Below are positions 39,641-52,185 of a stretch of 64,000 bases of DNA, piece after piece; position 1 is the first letter of the stretch; each line of letters starts with the position of its first letter. The stretch is from Octopus sinensis. Taxonomy: Eukaryota. Location: the NCBI RefSeq assembly GCF_006345805.1, contig NC_042997.1, positions 101,804,001-101,868,000 of the forward strand. Reading direction: 5' to 3'. The position numbers and the translations under genes were made by a program. Below the pieces are notes generated by a model, which saw only the letters and a list, made by a program, of their open reading frames with translations, was not told where the DNA came from and did not search any database.

Positions 39641-39858
39641 CCTTTTAGCGGTTCATATTATTCTGTGAAATGTAATGCTTATTTAGTCACATTTTGAATT
39701 ATTCATGCATTATCTTGTAGCTTTGAGATTTCAATGATACCATTGTTTATTCTTAGAATGACTCTGTAGGGTAGGTGTGAGAGGCCAGATCTGGCCAGTT
39801 TGAACATAAAACAGATAGAATATTTGGGCTGGATGTAGCCAGTTTAAATGCTAAAAGG
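39641..39858 (+). mobile_element. piggyBac-like MITE, family 1 (copy A)
   Basis: TTAA|CCTTTTAGC ... GCTAAAAGG|TTAA. The shared interior (gaggccagatctggccagtttgaacataaaacag) is also present in the copies at 40245, 47889 and 58403. Confidence 0.8.
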
Positions 39859-40244
39859 TTAAACAAAATTTTAATAATTACACACGTCACTCCAATGGAT
39901 TTCAGAAGATAAAATTATATCATCAATCTTGGAACTTTTTTGTTAAGGAGCATCGCAAACTCCTCTTAATATCTTCACTAAACAAAACAAGTATGGTTGT
40001 TTTATAAAATCAATCTAAATTCATGATCATTTTATATATATGTATATATCATCATCATTGTTTAACGTCCGTTTTGGGAAATACAATGAGGCAGATTTTC
40101 TACAGCCAAATGAGATGCTCTTTCTCTTGTCAATAAAGGTAATATTTGCTCTAGCCCTTTGAACATGGACAGCACAATGGTCAGACATATTTTTAAAGAT
40201 TGTAGATGACTGACACTATCTGTACGATAGTGATGTTTGTTTAA

Positions 40245-40467
40245 TCCTTTAGTATTCTGATTACTCTTGTCAAATGTAATGCTTATTTACTCACATTGTT
40301 TTGAATTAATCATAAATTATCTCAAAGCTTCAAGATTTCAATGATGTGATTGTTTACTTTTAGAATGACATTGTAGGGTTAAGCGTGAGAGGACAGATCT
40401 GGGTGATTTGAAATATAAAATAGGTAGAATATTTGAAGTGGATATGGCCAGTTTGAATGCTAAAGGA
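40245..40467 (+). mobile_element. piggyBac-like MITE, family 1 (copy B)
   Basis: TTAA|TCCTTTAG ... CTAAAGGA. Interior is homologous to copy A. Confidence 0.75.
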
Positions 40468-42112
40468 TTCATACATCCAAGACCTAAGGCCAAACAAGAT
40501 GACAGATAAAGTTTACCATTCAAGACCAAATATAGTCCAATGGGTTGCTGCTTTGGTTTCTGTCTGGTAAAAGACACTTGCCCAAAGTACTGCACACTGG
40601 GATCAAACCTAGAACCATATGTGAAAAAAGTAAACTTCTTTCCACATGACCATGTCTGGTGAGGAATTTCTATCTTCTATACTATGTATTATGCACAGCT
40701 ACATTCAGTTTAAAGTGAGTTCTTTTATTTTCAAATTAGCAGTTGTATCACTGCATATAATGATGTCTCTTTCATACAAAGAAAACAAGAAATAAATCAT
40801 ATGACACTTATATTTTGGAACAATATAATGAATGACAGCATTTACTAAGTATAGAAATTTTTTTCTGTAGAATTAATGAAGTGTCTATAGATAATAATGT
40901 AAATAAAGTTCAGAGTGCTGACGTCCTATGAAAAGTCAACAACCACTCTGAATGCATAAAAGAATTTGGAATCAACTTAGATTTTATTATTGCAAGCTGG
41001 CAGAATTGTTAGTACATCAGATGAACTGCTTTACAGCATTCCTTTCAGTTCTTCACAGTCTGAGTTCAAATTCTGCAAAGGCCAACTTTACCACTCATCC
41101 CTTTTGGGGTCAATAAAATAAATACCAGTTGAGCACTGGGGTTGTTAACTAGCCCCCTCCCCAAAAATTTCAGGCCTTGTGACCAAAGCAGAAAGAATTA
41201 TTATTAATAGTACTAATTTTATTATCCTATTTACCGTACTGGTAGTAACCATGAGTCAAAAGGTTATCAATGACATTGCATTATGTACTTCAAAAAATCA
41301 CATTGAACTATTTCTCTGAATAACTAAAGAGATTACAAGTACAAGGAAACTGGTGTTGGTTGCTTAATCTGCTGCAAAGAACAGTCAAATTACCCTTAAA
41401 TCACATGCTTCCATCTTAAAAAAGAAAGGGTTATACTGGTCTAAGTATACTGTAGCTGAAATACAAACAATAGGATCGTGACTGACATCCATTTGATTAT
41501 AGATCTACTTGATCAAAACTGAGCTGATACTAAGCAACAAACATCAATATCAGTATGCATTGACAAAAATCAATTCAATAAATTTCACAACAGTTTGGGC
41601 GAGGCTCTATGATTAATGGAGAAGTAATGAGAAGTGCATTGGAAAAACTGGAAATAAGGGTAATACAAAAATTATGTAAGAAGAACAGCAGAGAGAATGG
41701 TGGAAGGTTACATGAAAAAGGCAACAAAAGAAAAGGGGAAAAGTAAAAGGAAATACATACACACATATTGATGTAGGTATACATAAATGCATACATACAC
41801 ACACACACACATATATGCAACATGATACATCATCAACTTTGTGACATCTACTTTTCCATGTATGCATGGATCAGATAGAGTTTATTGAGGCAGATTTCCT
41901 ATGGTTGGATGCCCTTACCTGTTTTCAACCCATACCTATTTTCAAGCGAAGTAATATTCCTCATTGTCAGACCAGACATGTTTTTTGCAGAATATTGGAA
42001 ATGAATGACTCAGCTTGCATGACTGTGACACCCATTTACAACAATCATGCAATGTCAAGGCAAAGGCACACACATATACACACTCACACATGTGCATATC
42101 TCTCTCTCTTTC

Positions 42113-42150
<38 letters not shown>

Positions 42151-42680
42151 AAAGACGCCTGTTGTGATGTCCTGTTGTTATTATTATTGTTTTTTCATAT
42201 TATTTCTGTATTTATATTCATGTAATATCGTCTGTTTTTCCGTCCTTGTTTTGTATACATTCAAAGCTTTTTTTCCAAGGAATCTAATGCTCTTAGCTTA
42301 GTTTTTCCTTGGGGCTGGCCAGATTGGAGCAATCTCAAGATTAATCAGCTGAAATTGTTCTAATAAAGGAATTATATGACCATTATTTTAAGTTGTTTCT
42401 TCATCATCATCATCGTTTAATGTCCGTTTTCCATGCTGGCATGGGTTCGATGGTTTGCCTGGGGACTGGCAAGCCAGTTGGCTGCACCTAGCTCCAATCT
42501 AATCTGGCAAGGTTTCTACAGCTGGATGCCCTTCCTAACGCCAACCACTCCAAGAATGTAGTGGGTGCTTTTTACAGCCGCCAACATGGGAGTCAGTCAG
42601 GCGGCACTGGTATTGACCATGCTCGGGGGGGAGGGACTGAAACGTGTGTGTGTGTATACACATACACACACACAAACATA

Positions 42681-43910
42681 TGGTGCGATAGGTAAATTGT
42701 CACCATTTTATATTTTTAATTTTCCACATGTGCATTGTTTGTTTTTTTATTTTTTCGACTACACAGTATAGTAGGGTCACTGTCTGTGAGAAAAACATCA
42801 CCATGATGCAATTCACTCTGCCAGAAATTTGGAAACGACATGCTGTACTGCTTGGCATTTGCACTAGAAGCTCCAATATGAACATTTCGGAGTATTTGGG
42901 TGTCAATCTGAGGACATTGCAGAGAATTTGGAAAGAGTTTGATGAGCCTAATGGTGATTACGAAGATACAGTAGCTTGGAAAACTTATTCTGATAAGAAA
43001 AGAACTCCTGTATTTGTTGGTGAGATCCAGGCCATGATTGACAATAATCCCTTTAAGTCAATCAAGTCCACTGCTAGGGGTATGGGAGTGTCTGAGTTTC
43101 TTATCAGGCAGGTAGTGCATGAAGACATTCGGTATTCCTCACACAAGATAAGAAAAGGCCAATTTTTATCCCAAGCCATCAAGAACAAGAGGAAAGACTG
43201 CACTACAAAGCTTTTGAACAAACTCAAGCATCCCCTCCAACGAAACATGTTTTTGTTCTCAGACGAGAAAAATTTCTGCCAGGATCAGATGGTGAACAGA
43301 CAGAACAACTGTTGGCTTGCTGTGTTCCCAAAACATGTCCCAAGAGTGATAAAAATCAAATATCCAGTCAACATCATAGTGTTTGGAGTGATCGCTAGTG
43401 ATGGCAACATTAAGCCTCCATTCTTCTTCCTACATGGTCTCAGACTCAACACAGAGGCCTACATCAAGTGCCTGGAGGAGGTAGTATTGCCCTAAGTCAA
43501 GAGGGTGGTTGCTAGAAAACCCTATGTTTGGCAACAGGAGTCTGTATCATGCCACACAAGCAGGAGAACCCAGTCGTGGCTGTCAGATAATTTCTGTGAC
43601 CACATCAACCCAACCACCTGGCCATCAAACACCCCAGACTGCAACTCCCTTGATTATTACATGTAGAGTGCAGTTGAGTGAGAGACCAACAAAATTCCTT
43701 ATAATACCAAAGATGAACTGAAGGCAAGGATTATGGCAGCATTCACCAACTTAAACAAAGAGGCCATCCAGAGGAGTTGCAGGAGATTCCGAAATCATCT
43801 GGAGGCCGTGGTCGAAGCCAATGGCAATTTTATTGAGTAATTTTACTCTTTAGTAGATATTTTTATGTAATTTTGGTAAATATAACTGTTAGACGACAAC
43901 TTATTCACCA

Positions 43911-43915
<5 letters not shown>
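42681..43915 (+). mobile_element. maT/DD37D Tc1-mariner superfamily transposon; transposase pseudogene 42803-43840 (346 codons, 3 in-frame stops)
   Basis: Single reading frame from ATG 42803 to TAA 43840 containing FSDEK, VFGVIASDG, WQQE(D)S and WPSNTPDCNSLDY, with 37 residues between the 2nd and 3rd acidic residues. Imperfect TIRs (15 of 24 match) flanked by TA. Confidence 0.9.
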
Positions 43916-43969
<54 letters not shown>

Positions 43970-44005
43970 CATGTATATATATGTGTGTGTGTGTGTGTAT
44001 GTATA

Positions 44006-44091
<86 letters not shown>

Positions 44092-44168
44092 GTGTGTGTG
44101 TGTGTGTGTATATATATGTGTGTGTGTGTGTGTATATATATATGTGTGTGTGTGTGTGTGTATGTATA

Positions 44169-44245
<77 letters not shown>

Positions 44246-44295
44246 TGTGTGTGTGTGTGTATATATATGTGTGTGTGTGTGTGTATATATATATA

Positions 44296-44378
<83 letters not shown>

Positions 44379-44439
44379 ATATATATGTGTGTGTGTGTGT
44401 GTGTGTATATATGTGTGTGTGTGTGTGTGTATATATATA

Positions 44440-44503
<64 letters not shown>

Positions 44504-44504
44504 C
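43916..44504. repeat. Compound (TG)n/(TA)n microsatellite, about 590 bp
   Basis: Almost uninterrupted alternating purine-pyrimidine sequence. It explains the CV/HT-repeat ORFs in the track. Confidence 0.98.
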
Positions 44505-47268
44505 ATGTCTTCTTTCAGTTTCATCTACCTAGTCCACTCACAAGGCTTTGGCCAGCCTAGAGTTATAACCAAGGTACAACATAGTTGGACTGAACCGAAA
44601 CCATAAAGTTGGGATGCATACTTCTTAACCATACACTCATGCCAGCCATACCTACACACAAATGCAAAAAAGCAAGTGAGAAAGATGATAGAGAGGAGAA
44701 ATTAGATGTCAAAATTTTTTTTAAAAAACCCTTTGAATAAGAAAAAAGAGGAAATGACTGAGATCATGAAAATGTATCAGATGTGTAATTGGCTAACAGA
44801 TAATTTTAGCATTAGAAGGGCAGTAATTTTAAAAGAAGATCTTGAAAGAAATTGAACCTTTTTTTCTGAGAACAAAGGAGGACATTTGGTTTATGAACAA
44901 AATGTCACAAATGACTACGTAGGATAAAGCAAGTATTGTAGGTTAAGGATAGACACCTAAATATTAGTTTAGGTTACAACTACAGGAAATTAATTTGATA
45001 CTGCAGTGATCTCTGAAAGTTGCATTGTTACATATCAAATTAAATGGTAAGGTTTCTATATAATATAGGTTTAAAAAACAACCAACTCATTCTGAAATAT
45101 AATCTGATTTGTATGGTAGCTGTATTTAAGTGAACAGAAGGCAGTTTTCAAATTTCTATTGATCAAACCAATACACAGTACTTACCAGTGTATTACACTG
45201 CTTATCTTATGTTCCAGTATGGAAAGATTTTGTATGTGCGTGTGCATATGAGACAGCTTTCAAAACATGACTTGGATATAACATACATTCACATCATGTA
45301 AAATAATATGAAATAGGATTTAATTTGATAAGGCAGTAAATTGTTCTACAGTGAACTACATTCAAATAAATAAATAAATATTTTAATACAATAGCTTCAC
45401 TGGATCTCAAAATTAGGTTAAGGTATGTATCTATTTTTCTGAAGTTACTTTCTTTCCACTAGTCCGTCCATTAGAGTCTATGTTACACCATCTTCATATA
45501 CTAATAGAAAAAAAATGGATGAAAATCAAAAATCCTATATTCATCATTTGAAAACTGTAGCTAAATAATGTTTCTTTTGCATGGGATGGTAGTAGGGAGT
45601 GTACTAAACATTTCAAACAAAGAAAGATAGCAACCACAGCCCTTTTCAAAGTCATTGAGATTACAGGAAGGAAAGGAGTATCCTTAGATCAGAAACTTAA
45701 ATGGAACATTTGCAACAGAATGAACTCTCTTAAAGGCACCCAAGAGCTAGTTGGTGGTGTTATACTAGGTAACAGATTAAATTTACCCATCCAATCAAAA
45801 ATATAAATGGTCCCCTCAATGTGTTCCAACAGTCTCTAATTAACAGATATCACTCATAAAGCATTAATCTTGCTGGGGTGCCCTAAGTACATGCAGTAGG
45901 ATGGAACCCAAATCCATGTAGTTGCAAAGCAAACTTCTTAACCACACTGCCATGCCTGTGAACAATTGACATATAAATGTTATCAATGGGGCCCAGGCAA
46001 ACCCAAAGAGCAAACCTTTGATGATATGAAAAATTCAACTTAAAAAGAAAAAAATTAACTTCTCAAAGTTAGTTATAATTTTTAACTGATGCTCTGATAA
46101 TTCTTAAGCTCTGCCATAACTTTTTTTTCTTTTAGAAAAGTCAATATGAATGTTATTAACCTAGTAAGTGTAACAGTTGTTTTGGGTTATGCTATTCTAA
46201 TTATACAAAACGAAACAAAATTATTTCCTATTGATCAAGTCTATGCACAAAATTTACCAATGTATTTTCTTAATGAATCAAATTAATCAAATTAAAAAAA
46301 AGTCATTTGTTTTAATTCAGCTGTACCTCATGTATTATCTAGAAGTTAGTAATTGAAGTTGAATGACATGATGTGACAAAAACACTAATGAGGTTGGGTG
46401 TTAATAAACAAACGAGGGACAGAGAGAAAAGGATAAACAAACTGAGAGAATGATGGTGAATATAGGAAAGAAAGAGGGAAACGAAGAGAAAGGAAGGGAG
46501 GCAGACAGAGGGGGGAGAGATAGAGAGGGTTCAAAAGAGAAAAAGAAAAAGAAAGACTAAAATTTCAGTTAACTTTCTGACACGACCACATAAAGCAATC
46601 TATTCTCTTTTATCATTCATTTCAATCATCATTAAACTGCAACCATGCTGGGGCACCATCTTGCAGGGTTTAGTTGAACAAATCGACCCCAGTACTTATT
46701 TTTCAAATATGGTATTTATTCTATTGCTCTTTTTTGCTAAACTGCTAAGTTACAAGGGACATAAACAACCAACACTGGTTGTCAAACAGTGGTTGGGGGA
46801 CAAACACACACACACTTTTGCATATAAAATTAAATAAACGACAAAGGAACAAGAAATTATGCAATGAACTTGTGCATATATATATAAAATCAGTTGCTTA
46901 CTCCAATATTTTTCTCAATCGGGTGCGATCTACTAGCAAAAATCTATCAATGTGTTGGCTGAATTATATTTATTTTATTTTATCTAGTTTCAGCTCACGA
47001 GCTGTGACCATGCTGGGGCACTGCCATTTGTGGCCATGCTGGGGCACTGCCATTATATATATATAATGGATGCAAGGAGTAGGATATTGGGACAACATGT
47101 ACAGAGAAGGTGTAGCTGTTTGGGAAGAAGTTTACTTTCAAACTACATGGTCAAAGGTTCAGTTCCTCTGTGTGGGGCCTTGGGCAAGTGTCTTCTTCTA
47201 TAGTCCCAGGTTGACCAAAGCTTTGTGAGTGGATTTGGTAGGCAGAAACTGAAAGAAGCCCATCACAT

Positions 47269-47317
<49 letters not shown>

Positions 47318-47888
47318 TATACATATGTATGTATGTATGTGTATGAGTGTGTATGTGCTTGTGTCCCGTTGTTTTGATGGCATGTGAAAGCTGTAAATGA
47401 ACGTCACTGTAATACAAGCAACATCATTCATTTCCAATAACCTGCATTAACATCTAGTCCAATATTACCTTGCTTGGAAAAAGATGAGGGTCAGTGACAT
47501 GAAGGGCATGCAGCAGTAAAAAATCTGCTTCATTAAACTCCAAACAACCCATGCAAGTATGGAAAAGTGGATATTAAAACAATGACAAGAACCATGATTG
47601 ACACTAATATTTACTGGTCATGTTTAGTAAAATAAGTATCAGTAATATACTTGGGTTGGTGAAAGCTATTATACAAGAGTTTCTACATAGTCACTGGCCT
47701 GCAAGAAATACCCACCTGGTTTCCTTAAAATCACATTCTGTCATCATAAAAAAGGGGAAGCACACTATATAATGTAGCCCTTGATATACTGTGTAAAAAT
47801 AACTTCATATCATGCTGGAATGCCTTTTATCATAAGCTTGCTTGATTAGGGCTTATCTGGGGCTAAACACAAGTGGCTTCGTGTTTAA

Positions 47889-48105
47889 CCCTTTAGTGTT
47901 CAGATTACTCTGTCAAATGTAATGCTCATTTATTCACATTGTTTTGAATTAATCCTGCATTATTTCATAGCTCCATGATGTTGATGATGTAGCTGCTTAT
48001 TTTTGGAATGACATGGCTGGGAAGGTGTAAGAGGCCAGATCTGGCCAGTTTAAACATAAAACAGAGTTTTGGGGGTTGGATATGGCCAGTTTAAATGCTA
48101 AAGGG
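47889..48105 (+). mobile_element. piggyBac-like MITE, family 1 (copy C)
   Basis: TTAA|CCCTTTAG ... CTAAAGGG|TTAA. Interior is homologous to copy A. Confidence 0.8.
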
Positions 48106-48904
48106 TTAAAACATCCTTATTAATATTTCCTGAAATTCATCTTAACTAGTTTTATCTAGATTTTTATCAACTTAAATTTCATTTGATATATTAAAACTGC
48201 TTCAGAAAACAAGCTGATAAAGGAATAAACAATTATCATATGAACTTCATTAGCTTACAGCTATTTCTGTTATAAGATGCTGTGGACTCATAGTAGAGTG
48301 ATTGAGTGACAACTTATAGCTTTATCAGAGCCTTGAATATGAAGTGCAGTCATCTCATTTTCTTATTACCACTCTGTATGCGATTAACGCTTCACTCTGA
48401 AGCATGCGTATATTGAATTCTACACCAGGGTTATTAGTCATGCAATACCTAAGTGAAATATTAAAACTGCTTATATATAACATGATTAGTCAGCAAAGTA
48501 ACCTTGTTAGTGCTTGTATTATGAAAAGATGCACCCAGTACACACTGTATAAATAATTGGCAAATTAGCAGAGAAAGTGTAGGCATGACAAGAAACTGTA
48601 CCTAGTACACATTATGAATTGATTAGTGGTAAGAAAAGCATTCAGCTGTAGAAGATTAGTTGAATAACACATATGAGAACCAGCTAATGGGCGCAATAAT
48701 AAACAACTCAGATCACAATGCATTCAACTTGTTTCACTAAGGAAAGTAGACATAAATAATGGTGATGACAGGTGGTTGATGATGATGATGATTAGTATTT
48801 GTACAATCTATTTTCTTTTTTTCAAAATATAGAACTTTATAACAATTACACGAAAAAAATAAAACTAATAGCCACAAATATGAAAGATGGATAATTATGT
48901 TTTA

Positions 48905-49096
48905 TTTTTTACTCGTTTCAGTCATTTGACTGTGGTTATGCTGGGGCACTGCCTTGAAGAAATTTTTGGTCAAATGAATAGACCCCAGTACTTTTGTTTT
49001 AAGCCTGGTACTACTGATCTCTTTTGCTAAACCACTAGATTACAGGGATGTAAACACACCAGCAATGGCTGTCAAACAGTGGTGTGGAAGATAAAG

Positions 49097-49110
<14 letters not shown>
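48905..49110 (+). repeat. SINE family B (tactcgtttcagtcatttgactgtggttatgctggggcactgcc...gaccccagtactt...gtcaaacagtgg)
   Basis: Homologous copies at about 46600-46830 (plus) and about 39150-39350 (minus). The family ends in a CA tract. Confidence 0.7.
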
Positions 49111-49159
<49 letters not shown>

Positions 49160-49161
<2 letters not shown>

Positions 49162-49376
49162 AGGGAGTACTGAAAAGTTCTTGGTTTTAAGGGTCTTGCG
49201 AAAGGTGTGGTTGGAGGCCCAACCTTCTGAGTTTTTTTTTTTTACAAGGCTTAGAAAAACTGAAGGATTGCTGCAATAAGTGTGTGAATCTGAGAGGGGA
49301 ATATGTTGAATAAAATCATAATTAACTGATCCTCCTGTATTTTCTTTTACCCAGAGCCAGGAACTTTTCAGCACTT
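49160..49376 (+). mobile_element. Mariner-derived MITE
   Basis: TIRs gagtactgaaaagttcttggtttt and agagccaggaacttttcagcactt. The interior encodes GLEKLKDCCNKCVNLRGEYVE*, a mariner transposase C-terminus. Confidence 0.8.
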
Positions 49377-49424
<48 letters not shown>

Positions 49425-49427
<3 letters not shown>

Positions 49428-49580
49428 TGGGCTTCTTTCAGTTTCCATCTACCACAAGGCTTTAGTCAGCCTGAGGTTATAGTAGAAGACACTTGCCCAA
49501 GGTGCCATGCAGTGGAACTGAGCCTGGAATCATGTGGTTGGGAAGCAAGCTTCTAACCACACAGCCATGCCTGCACCTAC
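49425..49580 (+). repeat. SINE family C (gggcttctttcagtttcc...agaagacacttgcccaagg...accacacagccatgcctg)
   Basis: Homologous copies at about 3020-3170, 23960-24120, 40540-40660, 44505-44650 and 45890-45960 on plus, and about 47100-47265 on minus. Confidence 0.7.
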
Positions 49581-49621
49581 AATTGTGCATTTATAAAAGA
49601 AAAAAATTACAACTCTCTTAC

Positions 49622-49768
49622 CTTATTGAGTTTTCCCAGGGCTGATATTAAATCAGCCCATTCACTGGTTGTTTCAAAGTATTTCAGAGCCTTTTCGACT
49701 TGCGATATGTACGAGCGATACTTAGAGTCTCCGAGGAGCTCACACTCCTCCACAGTAAGCATACTCAT
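49622..49768 (-). CDS. DOP1A: DOP1 coding exon 1 ([49 protein letters not shown])
   Basis: Manual translation matches the Dopey N-terminus (ELL.DSKYR.Y...[21 protein letters not shown]). Donor is AAG|GTAAGA. An acceptor tttgtag at 49798-49799 leaves 29 nt of 5' UTR. The exon is 147 nt, so it is missing from the ORF track. Confidence 0.96.
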
Positions 49769-52139
49769 TTTGACTTTTTTTGGTTTCTTTCAATATTCTA
49801 CAAATATAAATTAATTTACTTGGTAAGTATTAATATTCCTGATCTGAGGTTTCTGAAATTTAATATTAAATATTTGTTTTCATCAAATAAAATGTGTTTT
49901 ATGAAAAACAAACAAATTTTATAGATATAATGTAGGATAACTTTTGGGGTTGATCTGTAAAAAGACATTATAGTAACCTCTTCCCTCTAGAGTCTTGTGT
50001 ACCTTATACAAGTTTTAACCTCTCTAGACTACTATATCAGGGGGTATGGTGAAGTACAAAGTCTAGAGGAACAAAGAAAAATATGTCATATATTTACAAA
50101 GGCTGTGATAGTAGATCATGGCTTTGATTGTCTTGGTCATTTCACCATTCATATCTTACTATAAAGATCCTGAGTACAACATTTAACTGCACCTAGTTTC
50201 CTCACTCCTAGTTCTGTAGAATGACACTAGATTGACTAGGACTATCCCTACAGATTCTGGTATGTGGTCTTCCAACCCTGCCAATCCTGTCAAACTGTTT
50301 AAGCTATGTCAGCAAATAAAAATAAAACATACTCAAATGATGATATTTCTACTAGAAAGACTAATAAAATTTTTCACCATAAACGTAATTTCATTTTAAA
50401 ATCTTAACTACAGCGAATTACTCCAGACCTTGAAATACTGTTTAAATTACACCTTTCATCTCTATATGGAAACTTCTTGAGAGCAAACTGTCAAATTCTG
50501 ATTTATATATCATTATAAATTAAAGAACAGGAAGATATTGTCAAGTCTCATCAACTTATAATCAAGTAACAACATTATATAACAATAGTCTTACTTTCAG
50601 CAGACACCAGTATAATATTTTTTCCCTAAAAAAATCAGCAACATGATGATGGTACCAGTTGAAGATTTAAATATCACCTTCATAAGTCTCCCCCATCTCC
50701 ATTTCCATCAGGCTATATAATCTGTAAAGACCAGACCTCCTCTCTACTACTTACAGATACATCAACTTCAAATATATATCCACAAACACTGAAAACATTA
50801 ATACAATGTAAACACTAAATGAAACAAAATGTAGACCAGTTATTAGTCTATCATGTTGGAAAACAAAAACGGATTGAACCAATTAAAAAGCTTGTTATTC
50901 ATATTAATTAAATTGGAAATAGCATTTTACTTGCAAACAATAGTGCATTTGTTACATCAAATTTCATTTTAATTAGTTCATCAACATAAGTTTATTCTGT
51001 TTTATGCTTGGCAAACTCATTATAGAAAAACCTAAATTATATTATACACAACATAATTACTAACATCAAACTCATAAACATCAAGTTGATAGATACTCCC
51101 CAACTTGTGATTCTATTGATAATATCTAGAATGTTATAAATCATAGATCACTGGTTTAGATCTTCGGTGTAATGATTGAACACAACTCCTAATAATCATA
51201 ATTTTCTTTAACATCAATCAAATATACAGTCTGCTAACTCTGTTTCATTAATTCAATAAATACACTGAACAAATAACTCATCATTGTTACATAATAATCC
51301 TTGTTGGACTCAATCAGATTTACAAAGCAGGCATAAAAAAAATCCCACTTTTTCTCTAAATTTCATAATTATATAAAGAGACTTGTGAATGATGCCTTAA
51401 TAAATTTAGAAGTAAGTCTAAAATTCAGTTATCTATCTCAACTTTTTTGTTACTAATCCACCTGAGATTGCCCTTGAAATTAGTTAAAACCTTCCTTCAA
51501 AATTTCATGTTAACTTCTGTTCCAAACACCAGCTTCATAATGACAAAGCTATTTTGCTAAATTCTTCGTTATTTTCAAAATTAATTAAAACAAAGCAGAC
51601 TATTTCAACAGAAATATGGTAGCAAAAAGGTTAAAGTAATTATTGCTTACACGCTCCTTTGCATCAGCATGCTTGTTTCTGTCTTCTTTCTTGTACCCCC
51701 CCTCTCTCTCTCTTCTCACATACCTCTTCTATAGCAAGAAACCTGTTTCTGCCTCTTGGTCTCTCTGTTACACTAACCTTTCATCATCTGACACAAGTTC
51801 CCCTCCTCAAATGCTACTGCCCCTCTCAAAACTCCTTGTCTTTACTTAGTGACCCTGCCAGTGCTGGCGCCATGTAAAAAGCATTCAGTCCACACTGTAA
51901 AGTGGTTGATATCTGGAAGGGCATCCAGCTGTAAAAATCATGCCAAAACTAACCTCACCTGTGCCAGTGCTATGTAAAAAGCATTGAGTCCACTCTGCAG
52001 AGTGGTTGGTTTTAGGAAGGGCATCCAACCATAAAGCCCCTACCAAAGCAGACACAGTAGCTTGGGGTAGTCGTCTACCTGGCCAGCTCTTGTCAATTGT
52101 CCTACCTATGCATGCATAGAAGACAGACATTAAATGATG

Positions 52140-52185
<46 letters not shown>

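Larger units (their letters stand above)
1855..49797 (-). other. DOP1A: Dopey-1 / DOP1 gene span (15 coding exons visible; 3' end lies beyond position 1, non-coding 5' exon not located)
   Basis: Exons joined by GT-AG introns with compatible phases (0,2,0,1,0,1,0,0,2,2,2,0,0,0) give an uninterrupted 1873-codon frame. From memory it is colinear with human DOP1A (Dopey_N: [54 protein letters not shown]). Confidence 0.96.

Noticed and set aside
43873-44606. Several 100-200 aa ORFs of CV or HT repeats
   Set aside because: They are translations of the (TG)/(TA) microsatellite, which lacks stops in some frames.
45170-45300. Strong minus-strand donor CTG|GTAAGT at 45185 with a small palindrome
   Set aside because: There is no convincing upstream pyrimidine tract or acceptor, and single strong donors are expected by chance.
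47003-47054. 26-bp tandem duplication (also a 17-bp one near 52497 and degenerate CT-rich repeats at 56550-57025)
   Set aside because: Only two or three units with no spacers; ordinary slippage and not a CRISPR-like array.
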